Assembly: GCA_963665165.1 (NCBI GenBank)
Contig: OY761989.1
Location: 2,286,287 to 2,350,286 of the forward strand
From: Arenicellales bacterium
GTDB lineage: Bacteria > Pseudomonadota > Gammaproteobacteria > Arenicellales > Poriferihabitantaceae
DNA length: 64,000 nt
Reading direction: 5' to 3'
Shown here: positions 28,670 through 39,904 of the stretch, in pieces
Layout: every line of letters begins with the position of its first letter
How positions within the stretch are numbered: the first letter of the stretch is position 1
Program-made: the position numbers and the translations under genes
Notes under the pieces: generated by a model
What the model was told of the DNA's origin: nothing
What the model saw: only the letters and a program-made list of their open reading frames with translations
The model's database searches: none

Positions 28670-28996
28670 TTGATCAAGAACACAAAATTCCAGATTGGCC
28701 AGGTCGTGCGCCACCGGGTTTATGATTTCCGCGGTGTCATATTCGATGTGGATTCAGAATATAATAATACGGAGGAATGGTATCAATCCATACCGGAGAC
28801 AATAAGACCCCACAAAGAGCAGCCTTTTTATCATCTGCTCGCTGAAAACCGGGACACGCAATATATCGCCTATGTGTCCGAGCAAAACCTGCAAAATGAT
28901 GATAGCGGCCTGCCGGTCAGCCACCCCCAGGTGGATGACATATTCGAGAAAACCGAAAGCGGTCATTATACCGTTCGTTATAACCGATCTCACTGA
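28670..28996 (+). CDS. hspQ: Heat shock protein HspQ (YccV-like)
   Basis: KFQIGQVVRHR, RGVIFDVD, QPFYHLL, AYVSEQNL motifs. Confidence 0.9.
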   Translation: MIKNTKFQIGQVVRHRVYDFRGVIFDVDSEYNNTEEWYQSIPETIRPHKEQPFYHLLAENRDTQYIAYVSEQNLQNDDSGLPVSHPQVDDIFEKTESGHYTVRYNRSH

Positions 28997-28998
28997 AA

Positions 28999-30174
28999 TC
29001 ATCCATTCGATATGCCCTTCCAGGCCCGGCGCCTGGCCAGATGAATGCCGCGCCATACCAGACCCGCGGCCAGAGCCAGGTAGACCACCACCAGATGCAG
29101 GGGCAGTCCGTGGTGACCCAGTTCCTCCATCGCCAGCCCGCCGGACACCGACCCTAAAAGCGCCCCCACACCCCACATCAGCGCGAACGCGGCGGAGCCA
29201 TTTATCAGGTCCGCCCCATCAAACCGGTCTCCCAGCGAGGTCAGCGTCACGGTATAGACTCCATAACCGGTCGTCCCCGCCAGAATCAGCACAGGCCACA
29301 TCCACGGGGTTGCCATGACCAGCGGCAGAATCAACAGCGTCACGGACGTAACCAGCGCGCAGCCCGCCAGGACCAGCCGATGGGGGAACTTGTCCGCCAG
29401 CCACCCAACCGGGAACTGCAACACCGTATTGCCGACGATCAACGCCGTCAACGCCAAAGCCGAAGCGGCTACGGTCAGACCGGACTGAATGCCGTACACC
29501 GGCAACAAGGACAGTGTCGCCGCATCGAAAATGGCAAACGCGAAAACGCAGGCCAGCAACATCGGGGCCATGGGCGCGAAATCGATAATGCCGGTCTTGC
29601 GGGATTTTTCTTCGGGCGTAAACTTCCCTTCCCGCAGCAGGCAAAGCGGCCATACACCCAATAAAATCACCATCGCGCCCGCGATGAACGGTGTCCAGCC
29701 CTGGATACCGATCCAGCTTATTATTGCGGGGCCGGCGCCGAAGCTGGCCGACAGGACACTGCTGTAGATTGCGACCACTTTCCCGCGGTGGGCGCTGCCC
29801 GCAAACTTGACGATCCACATTTCGCTCAATACGAACAGCGTGGAAATCGACATGCCCTGAAGGATGCGCAGGATAAACCAGGATTCCAGGGAATCGAAAA
29901 TCTTGTAACTGACCAGCAGGACACTGGTGGCCAGGGCCGCGGCAATGGCGACGTTCCGTGACCCGAATTTTCTGGCTGCAATCGGAATCACCGGCGAGAA
30001 CAGCAGGATTCCGATCGGCATCATTGCCGAATTGATGCCGATCATTCGGGCGGAAACCCCTCTCGATTCCAGAATCAGCGACAACAGGGGATAGGTCATG
30101 CCAAATGCCAGGCCGAACACACTGATGGCCGCACAGGCTGCAACCAGATTTCGCAGATTCATGGACGAAACCAT
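28999..30174 (-). CDS. MFS transporter
   Basis: About 12 hydrophobic segments; SEMWI, RGKVVAIY, QFPVGWLADK motifs. Confidence 0.88.
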   Translation of the reverse strand: MVSSMNLRNLVAACAAISVFGLAFGMTYPLLSLILESRGVSARMIGINSAMMPIGILLFSPVIPIAARKFGSRNVAIAAALATSVLLVSYKIFDSLESWFILRILQGMSISTLFVLSEMWIVKFAGSAHRGKVVAIYSSVLSASFGAGPAIISWIGIQGWTPFIAGAMVILLGVWPLCLLREGKFTPEEKSRKTGIIDFAPMAPMLLACVFAFAIFDAATLSLLPVYGIQSGLTVAASALALTALIVGNTVLQFPVGWLADKFPHRLVLAGCALVTSVTLLILPLVMATPWMWPVLILAGTTGYGVYTVTLTSLGDRFDGADLINGSAAFALMWGVGALLGSVSGGLAMEELGHHGLPLHLVVVYLALAAGLVWRGIHLARRRAWKGISNG

Positions 30175-31041
30175 TCAGGGACCGCCCTCCTGACGAGCCC
30201 CGCAACCGGGTAGCCAGCATCCTTCCGTAACCCGGTCATTGCCGCCCGGATCCGGGTGTGTAACCACCTTGGAAAAACCCCTGTCGACCATTTTCTTCCT
30301 CACTTGTGCAGCCTGCCGATAGCCGTGTTCCAGTACCAGCCAGCCCCGGCATGCAAGGAATCCGGGAGCGGCTTCGATTATTTCGCTTAATGCGGCGAAT
30401 CCCTGGTCTTTGGCGACCAATGCGCCGACCGGTTCAAAACGCAGGTCACCCCGGGTCAGGTGAATATCATCAGGCGCGATATAAGGCGGATTGGAGCAGA
30501 TCAGGTCAAACCGGCCTTCTTCGATACTATCGAACCAGTCGCTTTTTATCCACCGGATATTTTTCAGTCCCAGGTTCTCCTGGTTGATTTTTGCGATTTC
30601 AAGCGAAGACCGGCTCACATCGGTTGCCACGATCCCGGCGTCGGGCAATTCCGAAGCCAGGGCCAGCGCCACCGCGCCGCTTCCCGTGCCCGGTTCCAGA
30701 ATGTCCGGTTTATCGATCCCGGCTACGGCGGACAAGGCTCTTTCAACCAGCAGTTCCGTTTCATGCCTGGGAATCAAAACCCTTCCATCCACCTTCAGGT
30801 CCAGCGACCAGAATTCCCTGGAATGCGTGATGTACGCCACCGGGGCGCCTTTTTTACGCATCCGGACAAGTGATTTGAATGCTTTCTCCTCGTCTTTGGA
30901 CAGTGGCCGGTCACTGTTCGCGATCAGGGATGCCGGATCCATTCCGAGCAGATGGCACAGGATGATCCTGGCGTCCCGGTCACCGCTCTCGAACGGGGAC
31001 AATTGCCTGCCAGACCAGCGTAGCGACTCATCGACCGTCAT
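30175..31041 (-). CDS. prmC: Release factor glutamine methyltransferase
   Basis: PVAYI..REFWSL, LIPRHETELLVE, GTGSGA, SNPPYI, LEHG motifs. Confidence 0.95.
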   Translation of the reverse strand: MTVDESLRWSGRQLSPFESGDRDARIILCHLLGMDPASLIANSDRPLSKDEEKAFKSLVRMRKKGAPVAYITHSREFWSLDLKVDGRVLIPRHETELLVERALSAVAGIDKPDILEPGTGSGAVALALASELPDAGIVATDVSRSSLEIAKINQENLGLKNIRWIKSDWFDSIEEGRFDLICSNPPYIAPDDIHLTRGDLRFEPVGALVAKDQGFAALSEIIEAAPGFLACRGWLVLEHGYRQAAQVRKKMVDRGFSKVVTHPDPGGNDRVTEGCWLPGCGARQEGGP

Positions 31042-31070
31042 TGTTCCAGGGAGGTGGATGACAGAGGCCT

Positions 31071-32156
31071 TCAGGCCTGGTTCAAATCTGCCAGAAGGTG
31101 TGCCTGATGTGCGGAGATCAACGGCACGATAATCGGATCGATACGCCCCTTGAGCGCCTCATCCAGCTTGTACAATGTCAGATCGATGCGGTGGTCGGTG
31201 ATTCTTCCCTGCGGGAAATTATAGGTCCGGATACGCTCAGACCGATCCCCGCTACCCACCAATGACTTCCGGGTACTGGCCTGTTCACGCTGCCGCTGTT
31301 GAATTTGCGCTTCCAGCAAACGCGATTTCAATACGGCCATCGCACGCGCCCGATTCTTGTGCTGGGACCGCTCATCCTGGCATTCGACCACCACCCCGGT
31401 AGGCAAATGGGTGAGGCGTATGGCAGAATCGGTTTTGTTGACATGCTGCCCCCCCGCCCCCGAAGCCCTGAAGGTATCGACGCGAATCTCCGACGGGTCA
31501 ATCCTGATTTCATCCATCTCATCCGCTTCCGGCATGACTGCGACCGTACACGCGGAAGTATGAATACGGCCCTGGGACTCGGTTTCCGGCACACGCTGCA
31601 CGCGGTGAGCGCCCGACTCGAATTTCAGTCTTGAATAAGCGCCCATTCCGTCTATTTTGGCGATGATTTCCTTGTACCCGCCATGTTCCCCTTCACTGCT
31701 GCTGATCACCTCCACTTTCCACTGGCGACTTTCCGCATAGGAATAATACATTTTGAAAAGGTCGCCGGCGAACAGCGCGGCCTCATCGCCGCCGGTTCCC
31801 GCCCTGATCTCAAGAAAAACATTTCTGGAATCATTCGGGTTCCGGGTCAGCAAAAGCTGTTGCAGGGTATTTTCACAGTCCTCCATGGATTGCTCCAGGC
31901 CAGGCAGTTCCTCTCTCGCCATGTCCCGTATCAGGCTGTCCGGGTCTTCCATCATTGCCCGGGTTTGAACCATCTCGTCATCCAGCTTCCTCCAGGTTTC
32001 AAAAGCTCCGACAACAGGCAGTATTTCCGACAATTCAATCGACAACCTGCGGAACCGGTCCTGATCGGAAATAATATCGGGATCGGACAACAGCATATTG
32101 ATCTCTTCATGACGATCGGCAACCTGAAGCAACTTTTGTTTGGCGGAAGGATGCAT
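31071..32156 (-). CDS. prfA: Peptide chain release factor 1
   Basis: [20 protein letters not shown] (PxT), [14 protein letters not shown] motifs; ATG at 32156. Confidence 0.97.
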   Translation of the reverse strand: MHPSAKQKLLQVADRHEEINMLLSDPDIISDQDRFRRLSIELSEILPVVGAFETWRKLDDEMVQTRAMMEDPDSLIRDMAREELPGLEQSMEDCENTLQQLLLTRNPNDSRNVFLEIRAGTGGDEAALFAGDLFKMYYSYAESRQWKVEVISSSEGEHGGYKEIIAKIDGMGAYSRLKFESGAHRVQRVPETESQGRIHTSACTVAVMPEADEMDEIRIDPSEIRVDTFRASGAGGQHVNKTDSAIRLTHLPTGVVVECQDERSQHKNRARAMAVLKSRLLEAQIQQRQREQASTRKSLVGSGDRSERIRTYNFPQGRITDHRIDLTLYKLDEALKGRIDPIIVPLISAHQAHLLADLNQA

Positions 32157-32181
32157 TGCAGGAGAAGCAGCCGGAAAACGA

Positions 32182-33429
32182 TTACAGATTGAACAGCTTC
32201 CTGACGGCTGCAATCACATTCGCATCCTCTTCGACATCGGCCTGGTTGATAACCTGGCTGGGATGATGGGCTACCTTGTTGATCAGGTCACGCGCAAGCT
32301 GCTCGACCACCCGAACCGGATCGGTCCCGTTTTCCAGTCTCCTGAGCGCACGCTCGAGTTCTGCCCGCCTCAGGTCGTCGAGCCCCTCCCTGAAAGAGAC
32401 AATCGCCGGGACCGAATCCAGGGAACGCATCCAGCGCATGAATTTGACGACCTGGAAGTCGATAATATTTTCGGCCTTGGAAGAAGCCTGCAACCGCATC
32501 GTCCTGTTCTCATCGACAATCGACCTCAGGTCATCCACGGTATACAGGTACGCGTCTTTCAACCGGGCCACCTCGACCTCGACATCCCGTGGCACCGCCA
32601 GGTCAAGAATGAACATCGGAGCGTGTTTCCTTTTCCTCAGCGCGGCTTCGATTGCGCCTTTCCCGAGAATCGGCAAAGTGCTGGCGGTGGAGGTCACCAC
32701 GATATCCGCTTCCGGCAACCGGGCTGGAACTTGCGCCAGGGAGATCGCCTCGCTGCCCACTTCCCGGACCAGGGTCTGCGCTCTTTTGATCGAACGATTG
32801 GCAATAATGATATGCCGTACGCGATTCTGTTTCAGATGGCGGGCAACCAGTTCGATCATCTCTCCGGCGCCGATCAACAACACCGTTTGATCTTCCAGTC
32901 GGGTAAATACCCGTTTCGCCAGACGGACTCCCGAATAAGCCACGGAAACCGCGTTTGCGCCAATATCGGTATCGGTCCTGACCAGTTTGGCCACGCTGAA
33001 GGTATGCTGGAACAATCGGTTCAGGATCTTGCCGGTGGCGCCTGCCCTGGACGCTGTCTGGAACGCGTCTTTCATCTGGCCCAGAATCTGGGGTTCGCCC
33101 AGCACCATCGAATCCAGGCCGGACGCCACCCTGAAGGCATGCTTGACGGCTTCCTCGTCCGGGAACCGATAGATGATCTCTTTCAGGACCGGGGTCTCAA
33201 GCCCGCTGTAGCCGGATAACCAGGCCAGAATCTCCCCCGGGTCATCCCGTTCCTGCCGGCAGTAGATTTCGGTACGATTACAGGTGGACAATATGGTGGC
33301 TTCACTGGCTCCCACTTCCCCGGTCAGTTCAGTGAGCGCCTGCTGGATCAGGTCCGAACTGAAAGCGGCTCTCTCCCTGACTTCTATGGGGGCCGTGTTG
33401 TGATTCAGGCCTAGCGCCAACAGGTGCAT
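32182..33429 (-). CDS. hemA: Glutamyl-tRNA reductase
   Basis: [43 protein letters not shown] motifs. Confidence 0.97.
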   Translation of the reverse strand: MHLLALGLNHNTAPIEVRERAAFSSDLIQQALTELTGEVGASEATILSTCNRTEIYCRQERDDPGEILAWLSGYSGLETPVLKEIIYRFPDEEAVKHAFRVASGLDSMVLGEPQILGQMKDAFQTASRAGATGKILNRLFQHTFSVAKLVRTDTDIGANAVSVAYSGVRLAKRVFTRLEDQTVLLIGAGEMIELVARHLKQNRVRHIIIANRSIKRAQTLVREVGSEAISLAQVPARLPEADIVVTSTASTLPILGKGAIEAALRKRKHAPMFILDLAVPRDVEVEVARLKDAYLYTVDDLRSIVDENRTMRLQASSKAENIIDFQVVKFMRWMRSLDSVPAIVSFREGLDDLRRAELERALRRLENGTDPVRVVEQLARDLINKVAHHPSQVINQADVEEDANVIAAVRKLFNL

Positions 33430-33613
33430 GGTTCAGATTGGGCGAAAGCGGTGAGTTTTATCGGATTCCAGCAAAATCAGAGCATGAAAACGGTTGCAAA
33501 TGAATCGGCACAGCCGCATATTATAATGCGGTTCGATAAATAAATCCTTACGCGGGCCGGTATGCGAATAACCGACAAGCCAAACCCTTGATCTTGCGAT
33601 CCATCAGATATTC

Positions 33614-35428
33614 ATGGTGCCTTATACGCCAGCGCCTCTTTCAACCAGAACATTCAGAAACGTAATCCTTGCCGGACTGTTTGTAGCGCTTTCGGGATGC
33701 CAGACCAGTCCGCAAGCCATACAGGAAGACGAAATCGGAGCAACCGAACCCCCTGGCAGCGGTTATCCGTCCCTTCCTGGTCCATCTGCGGAGCAGGCTC
33801 AAGGGAACCCGGCACAACCGGATACGGAATTTCTCCATACCGTTATCACGGGGCTCGTAGCGGCGCAACGAAACCAGCCTGAAACCGCGCTGGAATACAT
33901 TTCGCGGGCAGCCTTGCAATCCCGGAACCGCGGTCTGGCCAAGGAATCCGTCCGGATGGCTATGGACAATCAGGAGTTTCAGCAGGCGATCGACCTTTCC
34001 CGATTACTGGAACCATTCGGACCGGATGATTACCTGACCGCAGTCTCGATTGCCAGGGCGCATTTCCGGCTTGGTGAAACGGGTCCGGGCCTTGTCCTGC
34101 TTGCTGACCTGGCTGAAAAATGCAACCGGGAACATGGTTACATTTTCCAGGCTATCGCCGAATCGCTCACCTCCACCGAAAGTCCCGATTTGTCCGGGCT
34201 ATGGCGCGAGGTGGTTGAATCCCGGCCTGACAACGCGGCATTGCAACTGACGACCGCTTTCGTCTCCGCAAGACAGAATCAGCCGCAACAGTATGTCGAA
34301 CGACTGAACCGGGTTCTGGAGCTTGAACCTGACTGGGAATTCCCCGCGACCCTGCTGCTGGTGCAACTGCGCTATGGCAACGACGATGACTCCGCCGGAG
34401 AAGGCCGGACCGCGGCAGGCGGGTCGGTCAGCCAGTTTGCGATGGAGCATCTGGGAACCCATCCCGGACACCTCCGGTTCCGCTTGCAGTTTGCGCGCCA
34501 CCTGATCGAAAATGGCGACATGGAACCGGCGCTTGAGCAGTTGGACATCGCCCTCGACATGGACCCCGATTCACTGGAGGCGCTTTTTGCGACCGGGGCC
34601 ATCTATTTTGAAAAGGGTGACCTGATTCATTCACAGGATTATTTCATCCGGTACCTGCAACTGGATCCGGACAATGACCGAGCCCGAATCTACCTTTCCG
34701 ACATCGAATACAGACAAGGCAATTATACCGCCGCATCGAACTACCTGCATGGCGTGGCCTCGCGGCCATATTATCTGGACGCACAGATCAGGCTGGCGAC
34801 CATTCTGGCGAAACTTCATGAAGTGGACACGGGGATCCGGCACCTGCGGCAAATTGACGCGGCTTCCGATGAAGACCAGGTCCGCCTGATATTGCAACAG
34901 GATCTGTTGTTCCGGGAAGATGACCGCTATGCTCAATCGAAACAGGTACTGGATGAAGGATTAAAGCAGTTCCCGGATCATCCTGACCTGCTTTACAACC
35001 GTGGCCTGGTGACCGCAAAATTGAACCGGCTCGACCTGCACGAACGGGACATGCGCAAGTTGATTGAAATCGAGCCGGACAACGCCCATGCCTATAACGC
35101 TTTTGGTTATGTCCTTGCCGACAAGACCGACCGGCTGGAAGAAGCGATGGCCCTGATTAAAAAAGCCAATGCCCTGCTGCCGGACAACCCGTTCATACTC
35201 GACAGTATGGGCTGGGTCCATTTCCGGCTGGGCAACACCCGCAAGGCCATCGAATATCTGATGCTCGCTCTGGACGCGCGCCAGGACGCGGAAATCGCCG
35301 CGCATCTCGGTGAAGTATTGTGGGTCACCGGAAACCGGGAGGAAGCGCGCAAAATCTGGGAAAAGGGGATCGAATGGGACCCCGGGAACGGAATTCTGAA
35401 ACAAACCATTGAACGACTCTCACAGTAA
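33614..35428 (+). CDS. TPR-repeat lipoprotein (hemA-lolB associated)
   Basis: Lipobox LSGC, TPR repeats, NAFGYVLAD, ILDSMGWV, EIAAHLGEVLW; conserved synteny. Confidence 0.88.
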   Translation: MVPYTPAPLSTRTFRNVILAGLFVALSGCQTSPQAIQEDEIGATEPPGSGYPSLPGPSAEQAQGNPAQPDTEFLHTVITGLVAAQRNQPETALEYISRAALQSRNRGLAKESVRMAMDNQEFQQAIDLSRLLEPFGPDDYLTAVSIARAHFRLGETGPGLVLLADLAEKCNREHGYIFQAIAESLTSTESPDLSGLWREVVESRPDNAALQLTTAFVSARQNQPQQYVERLNRVLELEPDWEFPATLLLVQLRYGNDDDSAGEGRTAAGGSVSQFAMEHLGTHPGHLRFRLQFARHLIENGDMEPALEQLDIALDMDPDSLEALFATGAIYFEKGDLIHSQDYFIRYLQLDPDNDRARIYLSDIEYRQGNYTAASNYLHGVASRPYYLDAQIRLATILAKLHEVDTGIRHLRQIDAASDEDQVRLILQQDLLFREDDRYAQSKQVLDEGLKQFPDHPDLLYNRGLVTAKLNRLDLHERDMRKLIEIEPDNAHAYNAFGYVLADKTDRLEEAMALIKKANALLPDNPFILDSMGWVHFRLGNTRKAIEYLMLALDARQDAEIAAHLGEVLWVTGNREEARKIWEKGIEWDPGNGILKQTIERLSQ

Positions 35429-36098
35429 CACGATCCGCCCCGGAATATTGGCAATCGTGTTGATTGCCGTTCTGTCCGGCTGCGCCACAATGCCGGAACC
35501 GCAAGATCCGGTATCCGAAGACCGGCGCTTGCAGCTCTGGGGTCAACATCAATCCATCCATGCCCGTATATCGGGTTGGTCATTAAAGGGCAAAATAGGA
35601 GTCAGGACCGGCCCCAAAGGAGGCTCTGTGACATTGAACTGGTCGTATGCGCCCACTGGACAGAACATCGAGTTGTACGGCCCGTTCGGCGGTGGCCGCA
35701 TCCTGATCGAATCGTCCCCGGATTCCGCCGTGTTGAGGGATGCCAGGGGGCAGGTGATCCATGGAGAATCCGCCGAACAGGTCCTGTATGAACGGTTGGG
35801 CTGGCACATCCCTTTTGATGAAATGGCGATGTGGTCCCGCGGACTGCCGGGGGAGGACGCGAGCGACCTGGAAATCAACGCGTCCGGGCGCCTGATGAGC
35901 TTCAACCAGGGTATCTGGCGCGTCGAATACACTCAATACCAATCCATCCTCGAGTTCTCGCTGCCGCGCAAATTCACGATTACCTCGCTGCCGGGGGAAA
36001 TTGAAGTTTTTGACGGTGACGGAAATTACCTTGGCGATGAATTACGGGTCCGGGCCATTCTGAAAAGCTGGCGTGATATCCAGTCGATTCAATCGTGA
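35409..36098 (+). CDS. lolB: Outer-membrane lipoprotein insertase LolB
   Basis: Lipobox LSGC, W..KGKIGV, GPFG, LGWHIP, W.RGLP motifs; directly upstream of ispE. Confidence 0.88.
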   Translation: MNDSHSNTIRPGILAIVLIAVLSGCATMPEPQDPVSEDRRLQLWGQHQSIHARISGWSLKGKIGVRTGPKGGSVTLNWSYAPTGQNIELYGPFGGGRILIESSPDSAVLRDARGQVIHGESAEQVLYERLGWHIPFDEMAMWSRGLPGEDASDLEINASGRLMSFNQGIWRVEYTQYQSILEFSLPRKFTITSLPGEIEVFDGDGNYLGDELRVRAILKSWRDIQSIQS

Positions 36099-36943
36099 TG
36101 CCCGAAAAATTTCCCGATTCCCTGGTCTTGCGGTCACCCGCGAAAATCAACCTGTTTCTGCATGTAACCGGGAAACGCGGCGACGGTTACCATGAACTGG
36201 AAACCGTTTTCCAGTTCCTTGATTTTCACGATGTTTTGAAATTCGAGTTAACCGGTGAGCCGGGAATCGTCCGCATTGACGATCACCCTTATGCCCTGCC
36301 CCGGTCCGACCTGGTCGTCCGCGCATCGGAACTGCTGGCTTCGAGCCGGGGGTTGAAAAAACCGGCCGGGGTCCGGATAACCCTGACCAAGGTCATACCG
36401 CCCGGTTCCGGCATGGGGGGAGGCAGCTCCAATGCCGCAACCACACTGCTCGCGTTGAACAGACTGTGGGAACTGCGCATGACGCGGCCTGAACTGCTGC
36501 CGCTGGCGAAACAACTGGGCGCCGACGTACCGGTCTTCATTTACGGACATTCATGCTGGGCCACTGGAATCGGTGACGAGTTTGAACGATTCGACCCTGA
36601 ACCGCATTGGTACTGTATCTGTATTCCTGAAACGGCCGCCTCCACCCGGGCCGTTTTTCAACATCCCGGCCTTTGCCGCGACCATCCGCCTGTTTCAAGG
36701 CTCGATTTTCATCAGGGCCGGGTCTGTAATGATCTGGAAACCGTATCCAGAAGCCTGTATCCCGAAATTGAAGAAGCCTTCGCCATACTCAACCAGTACG
36801 GCAGGGCCAGAATGAACGGCAGCGGCGCTTCGGTTTTCCTTCAATGTGAATCGGAAGTGGCCGCGAGACGGATCCGGGAACGGTTGCCCGACCGCCTCCA
36901 CGGCGTGGTGGCCCGCGGCCTGAACGACATCCGCAACCACTGA
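36095..36943 (+). CDS. ispE: 4-diphosphocytidyl-2-C-methyl-D-erythritol kinase
   Basis: SPAKINLFLHV, GYHELET, GMGGGSSNAA, LGADVP motifs. Confidence 0.95.
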   Translation: MMPEKFPDSLVLRSPAKINLFLHVTGKRGDGYHELETVFQFLDFHDVLKFELTGEPGIVRIDDHPYALPRSDLVVRASELLASSRGLKKPAGVRITLTKVIPPGSGMGGGSSNAATTLLALNRLWELRMTRPELLPLAKQLGADVPVFIYGHSCWATGIGDEFERFDPEPHWYCICIPETAASTRAVFQHPGLCRDHPPVSRLDFHQGRVCNDLETVSRSLYPEIEEAFAILNQYGRARMNGSGASVFLQCESEVAARRIRERLPDRLHGVVARGLNDIRNH

Positions 36944-36948
36944 ACGGC

Positions 36949-37905
36949 TCAGAATTTTTCTCCCAGTTTCTGTCTGGCGGCATACAACGCGATGAAGTCA
37001 TAGGCGATGGAGGCGCCGAGCAACGAAGTGATCTCTGCATGGTCGTATGGTGGAGAAACCTCCACCAGGTCCATTCCCACCAGGTGGATGCCTCTCAGAT
37101 TGCGAAGAATCTGTAACGCCTGGGCTGAACTCAATCCCCCGCAGACCGGTGTGCCCGTGCCCGGCGCAAAAGCCGGATCCACGCAATCAATGTCAAAAGT
37201 CAGATAGGTTTTCCGGTTCTTGAGGATTTTCCTGATCTGCCGGACCAGGGCTTCGACGCCGTTGGCGTGAATCCAGCCGGCATCGAAAATATTGAAGCCA
37301 AGAGGCGCGTCGTTGGTCGTTCGTATTCCCGCCTGAACGGATTCTTCAGGGATGACCAACCCTTCCTTTACGGCGTGGAAGAACATCGTGCCATGATCGA
37401 CCCGTCCCTCTTCATCTTCCCAGGTATCCGTATGGGCATCGAAATGCAGTAACGATACCGGGCCATGTTTCTTGACGTGGGCGCGCAATACCGGCAGCGT
37501 GATGAAGTGGTCGCCGCCCAGGGTCAGCGCCGCCGTATCGGTCTCAAGGATCGATTCGATATGAGCCTGGATTTGGTCAGGAACGGCTTCAGGGCGTCCG
37601 TGGTCAAACAGGCAGTCTCCATAATCCACGATTTTCAGCAACTCCATCGCATCGAATTCCCAGGGCCAGTTCCGTTGCCAGGCGATTTCCACGGAAGCCG
37701 CCCGAATCCCCCGTGGCCCGAACCGCGTACCGGGACGATTGGTCGTCGCGGTATCGAACGGAACTCCCGTTATCGCAAGTTCGGCGTCGCGAAGGTCTTT
37801 CGAGTACTTGCGCCGGGCAAAGCTCAATGCTCCGGAATAAGTGGGTTCCGGATTGACTCCACTCAGGGAGTCCGCAGTAAGCGCCTGGTCGATACGATTG
37901 ACCAC
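36949..37905 (-). CDS. speB: Agmatinase (canonical ureohydrolase)
   Basis: GVPFD, RPGTRFGP, GGDH, DAHTD, DHGT, DIDCVDP and VEVSP motifs. Confidence 0.88.
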   Translation of the reverse strand: MVNRIDQALTADSLSGVNPEPTYSGALSFARRKYSKDLRDAELAITGVPFDTATTNRPGTRFGPRGIRAASVEIAWQRNWPWEFDAMELLKIVDYGDCLFDHGRPEAVPDQIQAHIESILETDTAALTLGGDHFITLPVLRAHVKKHGPVSLLHFDAHTDTWEDEEGRVDHGTMFFHAVKEGLVIPEESVQAGIRTTNDAPLGFNIFDAGWIHANGVEALVRQIRKILKNRKTYLTFDIDCVDPAFAPGTGTPVCGGLSSAQALQILRNLRGIHLVGMDLVEVSPPYDHAEITSLLGASIAYDFIALYAARQKLGEKF

Positions 37906-38126
37906 CTTGTCTGTAACCGATAAATGGGATCCGGGAGTTTATCAAGGAGAGTCCGCCAATTCGAGTCTTATCTTTTGATTTTTGCGCTTATTGCCAGATT
38001 CCGATTGACAGCCACCGGCCTGGCAATCAAAATACTGCGTTTTTTCAAGAGGAACCCGGTTATAATCGCATCCACGGGAAATGTGTCCGCTTCCTCGAAT
38101 CCGGATGTTCAACGATTAACTGAAAT

Positions 38127-38203
38127 TGGGGTGTAGCCAAGTGGCCCAAGGCACCAGGTTTTGATCCTGGCATTCGGAGGTTCGAATCCTCCCACCCCAG
38201 CCA
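38127..38203 (+). tRNA. tRNA-Gln (anticodon TTG)
   Basis: TGGGGTG acceptor pairing with CACCCCA, anticodon arm CCAGG-TTTTGAT-CCTGG, GTTCGAATC T-loop, encoded CCA; upstream of prs. Confidence 0.95.
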
Positions 38204-38228
38204 GAACAGTAAAATCCAGAAAACAAAC

Positions 38229-39182
38229 ATGGTATCACCCGAAAATCTGACGCTCTTCGCTGGCAATGCCAATCCCGGCCTGGCGACCGAGATCGCCCAG
38301 ACCCTCGGCGTACCCCTCGGCAAGGCCATGGTCGGACGGTTCAGCGATGGGGAAATCAATGTCGAGATCATGGAGAATGTTCGCGGCCGGGACGTATTCC
38401 TCGTTCAGCCGACCTGTGCGCCAAGCAATGACAACCTGATGGAATTACTGGTGATGATGGATGCGATCAAGCGTTCTTCCGCCGGCAGGATTACCGCGGT
38501 GATCCCCTATTTCGGCTATGCCCGGCAGGATCGCAGGCCGCGTACTGCCCGGGTCGCCATTTCCGCAAAGCTGGTGGCTGAAATGATCGGCGTTGCGGGA
38601 GCGGACCGGGTACTGACCATGGATCTGCATGCGGACCAGATCCAGGGGTATTTCGACATTCCCACGGACAATATTTACGGTTCGCCGGTTTTGATGAGTG
38701 AACTGTGGCGCAAACAACTGCCCAATCCGGTGATTGTCTCTCCGGATGTCGGCGGCGTTGTACGCGCCCGGGCCATGGCCAAGCAGCTTGAAACCGGGCT
38801 CGCCATTATCGACAAACGGCGGCCCAGGGCCAACGAAGCCAAGATCATGCATATTATCGGGGATGTGGCGGACCGTTCCTGTATTCTGATAGACGACATG
38901 GTCGATACCGCGAATACCCTTTGTGAAGCGGCCCGCGCATTGAAGGAACACGGCGCGATCAAGGTGCTCGCAAGTTGTACCCATCCGGTGTTGTCGGGGG
39001 AGGCGATCGACCGGATCGAAGATTCGGAAATCAACGAACTGTTGGTGACCAATTCGATACCGTTGAGCGGGAAGGCTCGGGAATGCGCGAAAATCACTCA
39101 ACTGAGTGTGGCTGAGCTACTGGCCGAGTCGATTCGCCGCATTGCCACGGGTGACTCGATCAGCAACCTGTTTATAGATTAA
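38229..39182 (+). CDS. prs: Ribose-phosphate pyrophosphokinase
   Basis: [33 protein letters not shown] motifs. Confidence 0.97.
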   Translation: MVSPENLTLFAGNANPGLATEIAQTLGVPLGKAMVGRFSDGEINVEIMENVRGRDVFLVQPTCAPSNDNLMELLVMMDAIKRSSAGRITAVIPYFGYARQDRRPRTARVAISAKLVAEMIGVAGADRVLTMDLHADQIQGYFDIPTDNIYGSPVLMSELWRKQLPNPVIVSPDVGGVVRARAMAKQLETGLAIIDKRRPRANEAKIMHIIGDVADRSCILIDDMVDTANTLCEAARALKEHGAIKVLASCTHPVLSGEAIDRIEDSEINELLVTNSIPLSGKARECAKITQLSVAELLAESIRRIATGDSISNLFID

Positions 39183-39205
39183 TCAACTGAATCAAGAGTA
39201 GAAAA

Positions 39206-39874
39206 ATGGCAGATCAATTTGAACTTACCGCAAGACTCCGCGCACGTTCAGGCACCCATCTGGTACGTCGGCTGCGCCGCGAAGGAGATGTTCCCGCGGT
39301 ACTCTATGGTGGTGGAAAACCCAACCTCAGTATCGCGGTCAACCACGATGTGCTGTATCACAGTCTGGAAAAGGAAGAGTTCCACTCTGCCGTTATCATC
39401 ATCAATACGGACGGCAAGAAGGAACAGGTGATTCTTCGCGATGTGCAACGTCATCCCCACAAGATCAATGTCCTGCATGCGGATTTCCAGCGTGTTGACG
39501 AAAACAAGACGCTGACCATGTCACTGCCCATCCACTTTATCGGTGAAGAAGAGTGTGTGGGCGTCAAAACCGGGGGCGTAATCAGCCATCTGATGAACGA
39601 TGTCGAAGTTACCTGCCTGCCCAGGGATTTACCTGGCCACATCGAACTGGACCTGACCCACCTTGACCTGAACGAATCGCTGCACCTTTCGGATATTCAA
39701 CTGCCGGAAGGGGTCCATATCACGGCCCTGATGCACGACGAAGGCCACGAGCACGACCATGCGGTGGTTTCCGTGATCGCGCGGCGGGTTGGCGTCGAAC
39801 CAACCGTGGAGGACATGGCTGCCGACGCCACGGAAGATGACGAAGGAAGCGCCGCTGAAACCTGGAACGGGTAA
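39206..39874 (+). CDS. rplY: 50S ribosomal protein L25/Ctc
   Basis: RRLRR.G.VPAVLYG, QRHP, HADFQR motifs, with a C-terminal Ctc domain. Confidence 0.95.
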   Translation: MADQFELTARLRARSGTHLVRRLRREGDVPAVLYGGGKPNLSIAVNHDVLYHSLEKEEFHSAVIIINTDGKKEQVILRDVQRHPHKINVLHADFQRVDENKTLTMSLPIHFIGEEECVGVKTGGVISHLMNDVEVTCLPRDLPGHIELDLTHLDLNESLHLSDIQLPEGVHITALMHDEGHEHDHAVVSVIARRVGVEPTVEDMAADATEDDEGSAAETWNG

Positions 39875-39904
39875 TCCTGCAACCCTGTCCGGTTCCGAGT
39901 CAAT

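Noticed and set aside
38127-38228. tRNA-anchored prophage or integrative element
   Set aside because: No integrase and no duplicated tRNA 3' end were seen; prs follows directly.
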